Source: Camelus ferus (Eukaryota). Taken from it: a DNA stretch of 64,000 nt. The notes beneath the pieces were generated by a model that had not been told where the DNA came from, made no database searches, and saw nothing but the letters and a program-made list of their open reading frames with translations. The DNA is taken from contig NC_045696.1 in assembly GCF_009834535.1 (NCBI RefSeq), forward strand, positions 47,370,001-47,434,000, read 5' to 3'. Position numbers and translations under genes: made by a program. Of the stretch, positions 63,938-64,000 are shown piece by piece (position 1 is the stretch's first letter; each line of letters opens with the position of its first letter).

Positions 63938-64000
63938 ATCTAGTCTGACCTTTCACACTCGAGGACACTGTATGCCCAAGAAGCCGTGTGACCTCTGTCC

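Noticed and set aside
1..64000. CRISPR arrays, operons or other prokaryotic systems
   Set aside because: The sequence is a spliced mammalian locus; no regularly spaced repeat-spacer structure or gene-dense region was seen.

Overview
This is mammalian genomic DNA, AT-rich and CpG-depleted. It is most likely camelid (camel/alpaca), inferred from two short tRNA-derived SINEs resembling the Vic-1 type. Bases ~930-44860 hold the last 18 coding exons of DZIP3 (RNA-binding RING-H2 E3 ubiquitin ligase) on the + strand. All have GT-AG boundaries and splice into one uninterrupted frame of ~622 aa: Lys-rich motif, coiled coil, Pro-rich region and C-terminal RING-H2, with TGA at 44861-44863. The introns and the downstream ~17 kb are dominated by dead transposable elements: many L1s (one near full length), a full-length Tigger1-type DNA transposon split by an L1, MLT1/MER21/ERV solo LTRs, MIR, L2 and MER fragments. 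Most ORFs in the supplied track are L1 debris or noise. I see no clear new multi-gene system. The best leads are two antisense exon-like segments bracketing the DZIP3 terminal exon that share identical boundary sequences and join in frame, two L1 insertions whose own 3' ends are replaced by foreign sequence, a short 3' transduction, and an old ~350-bp tandem duplication 3' of the stop codon. Repeat family names come from recalled consensus sequences, not a database search, and their boundaries are approximate unless a TSD or TIR is quoted.
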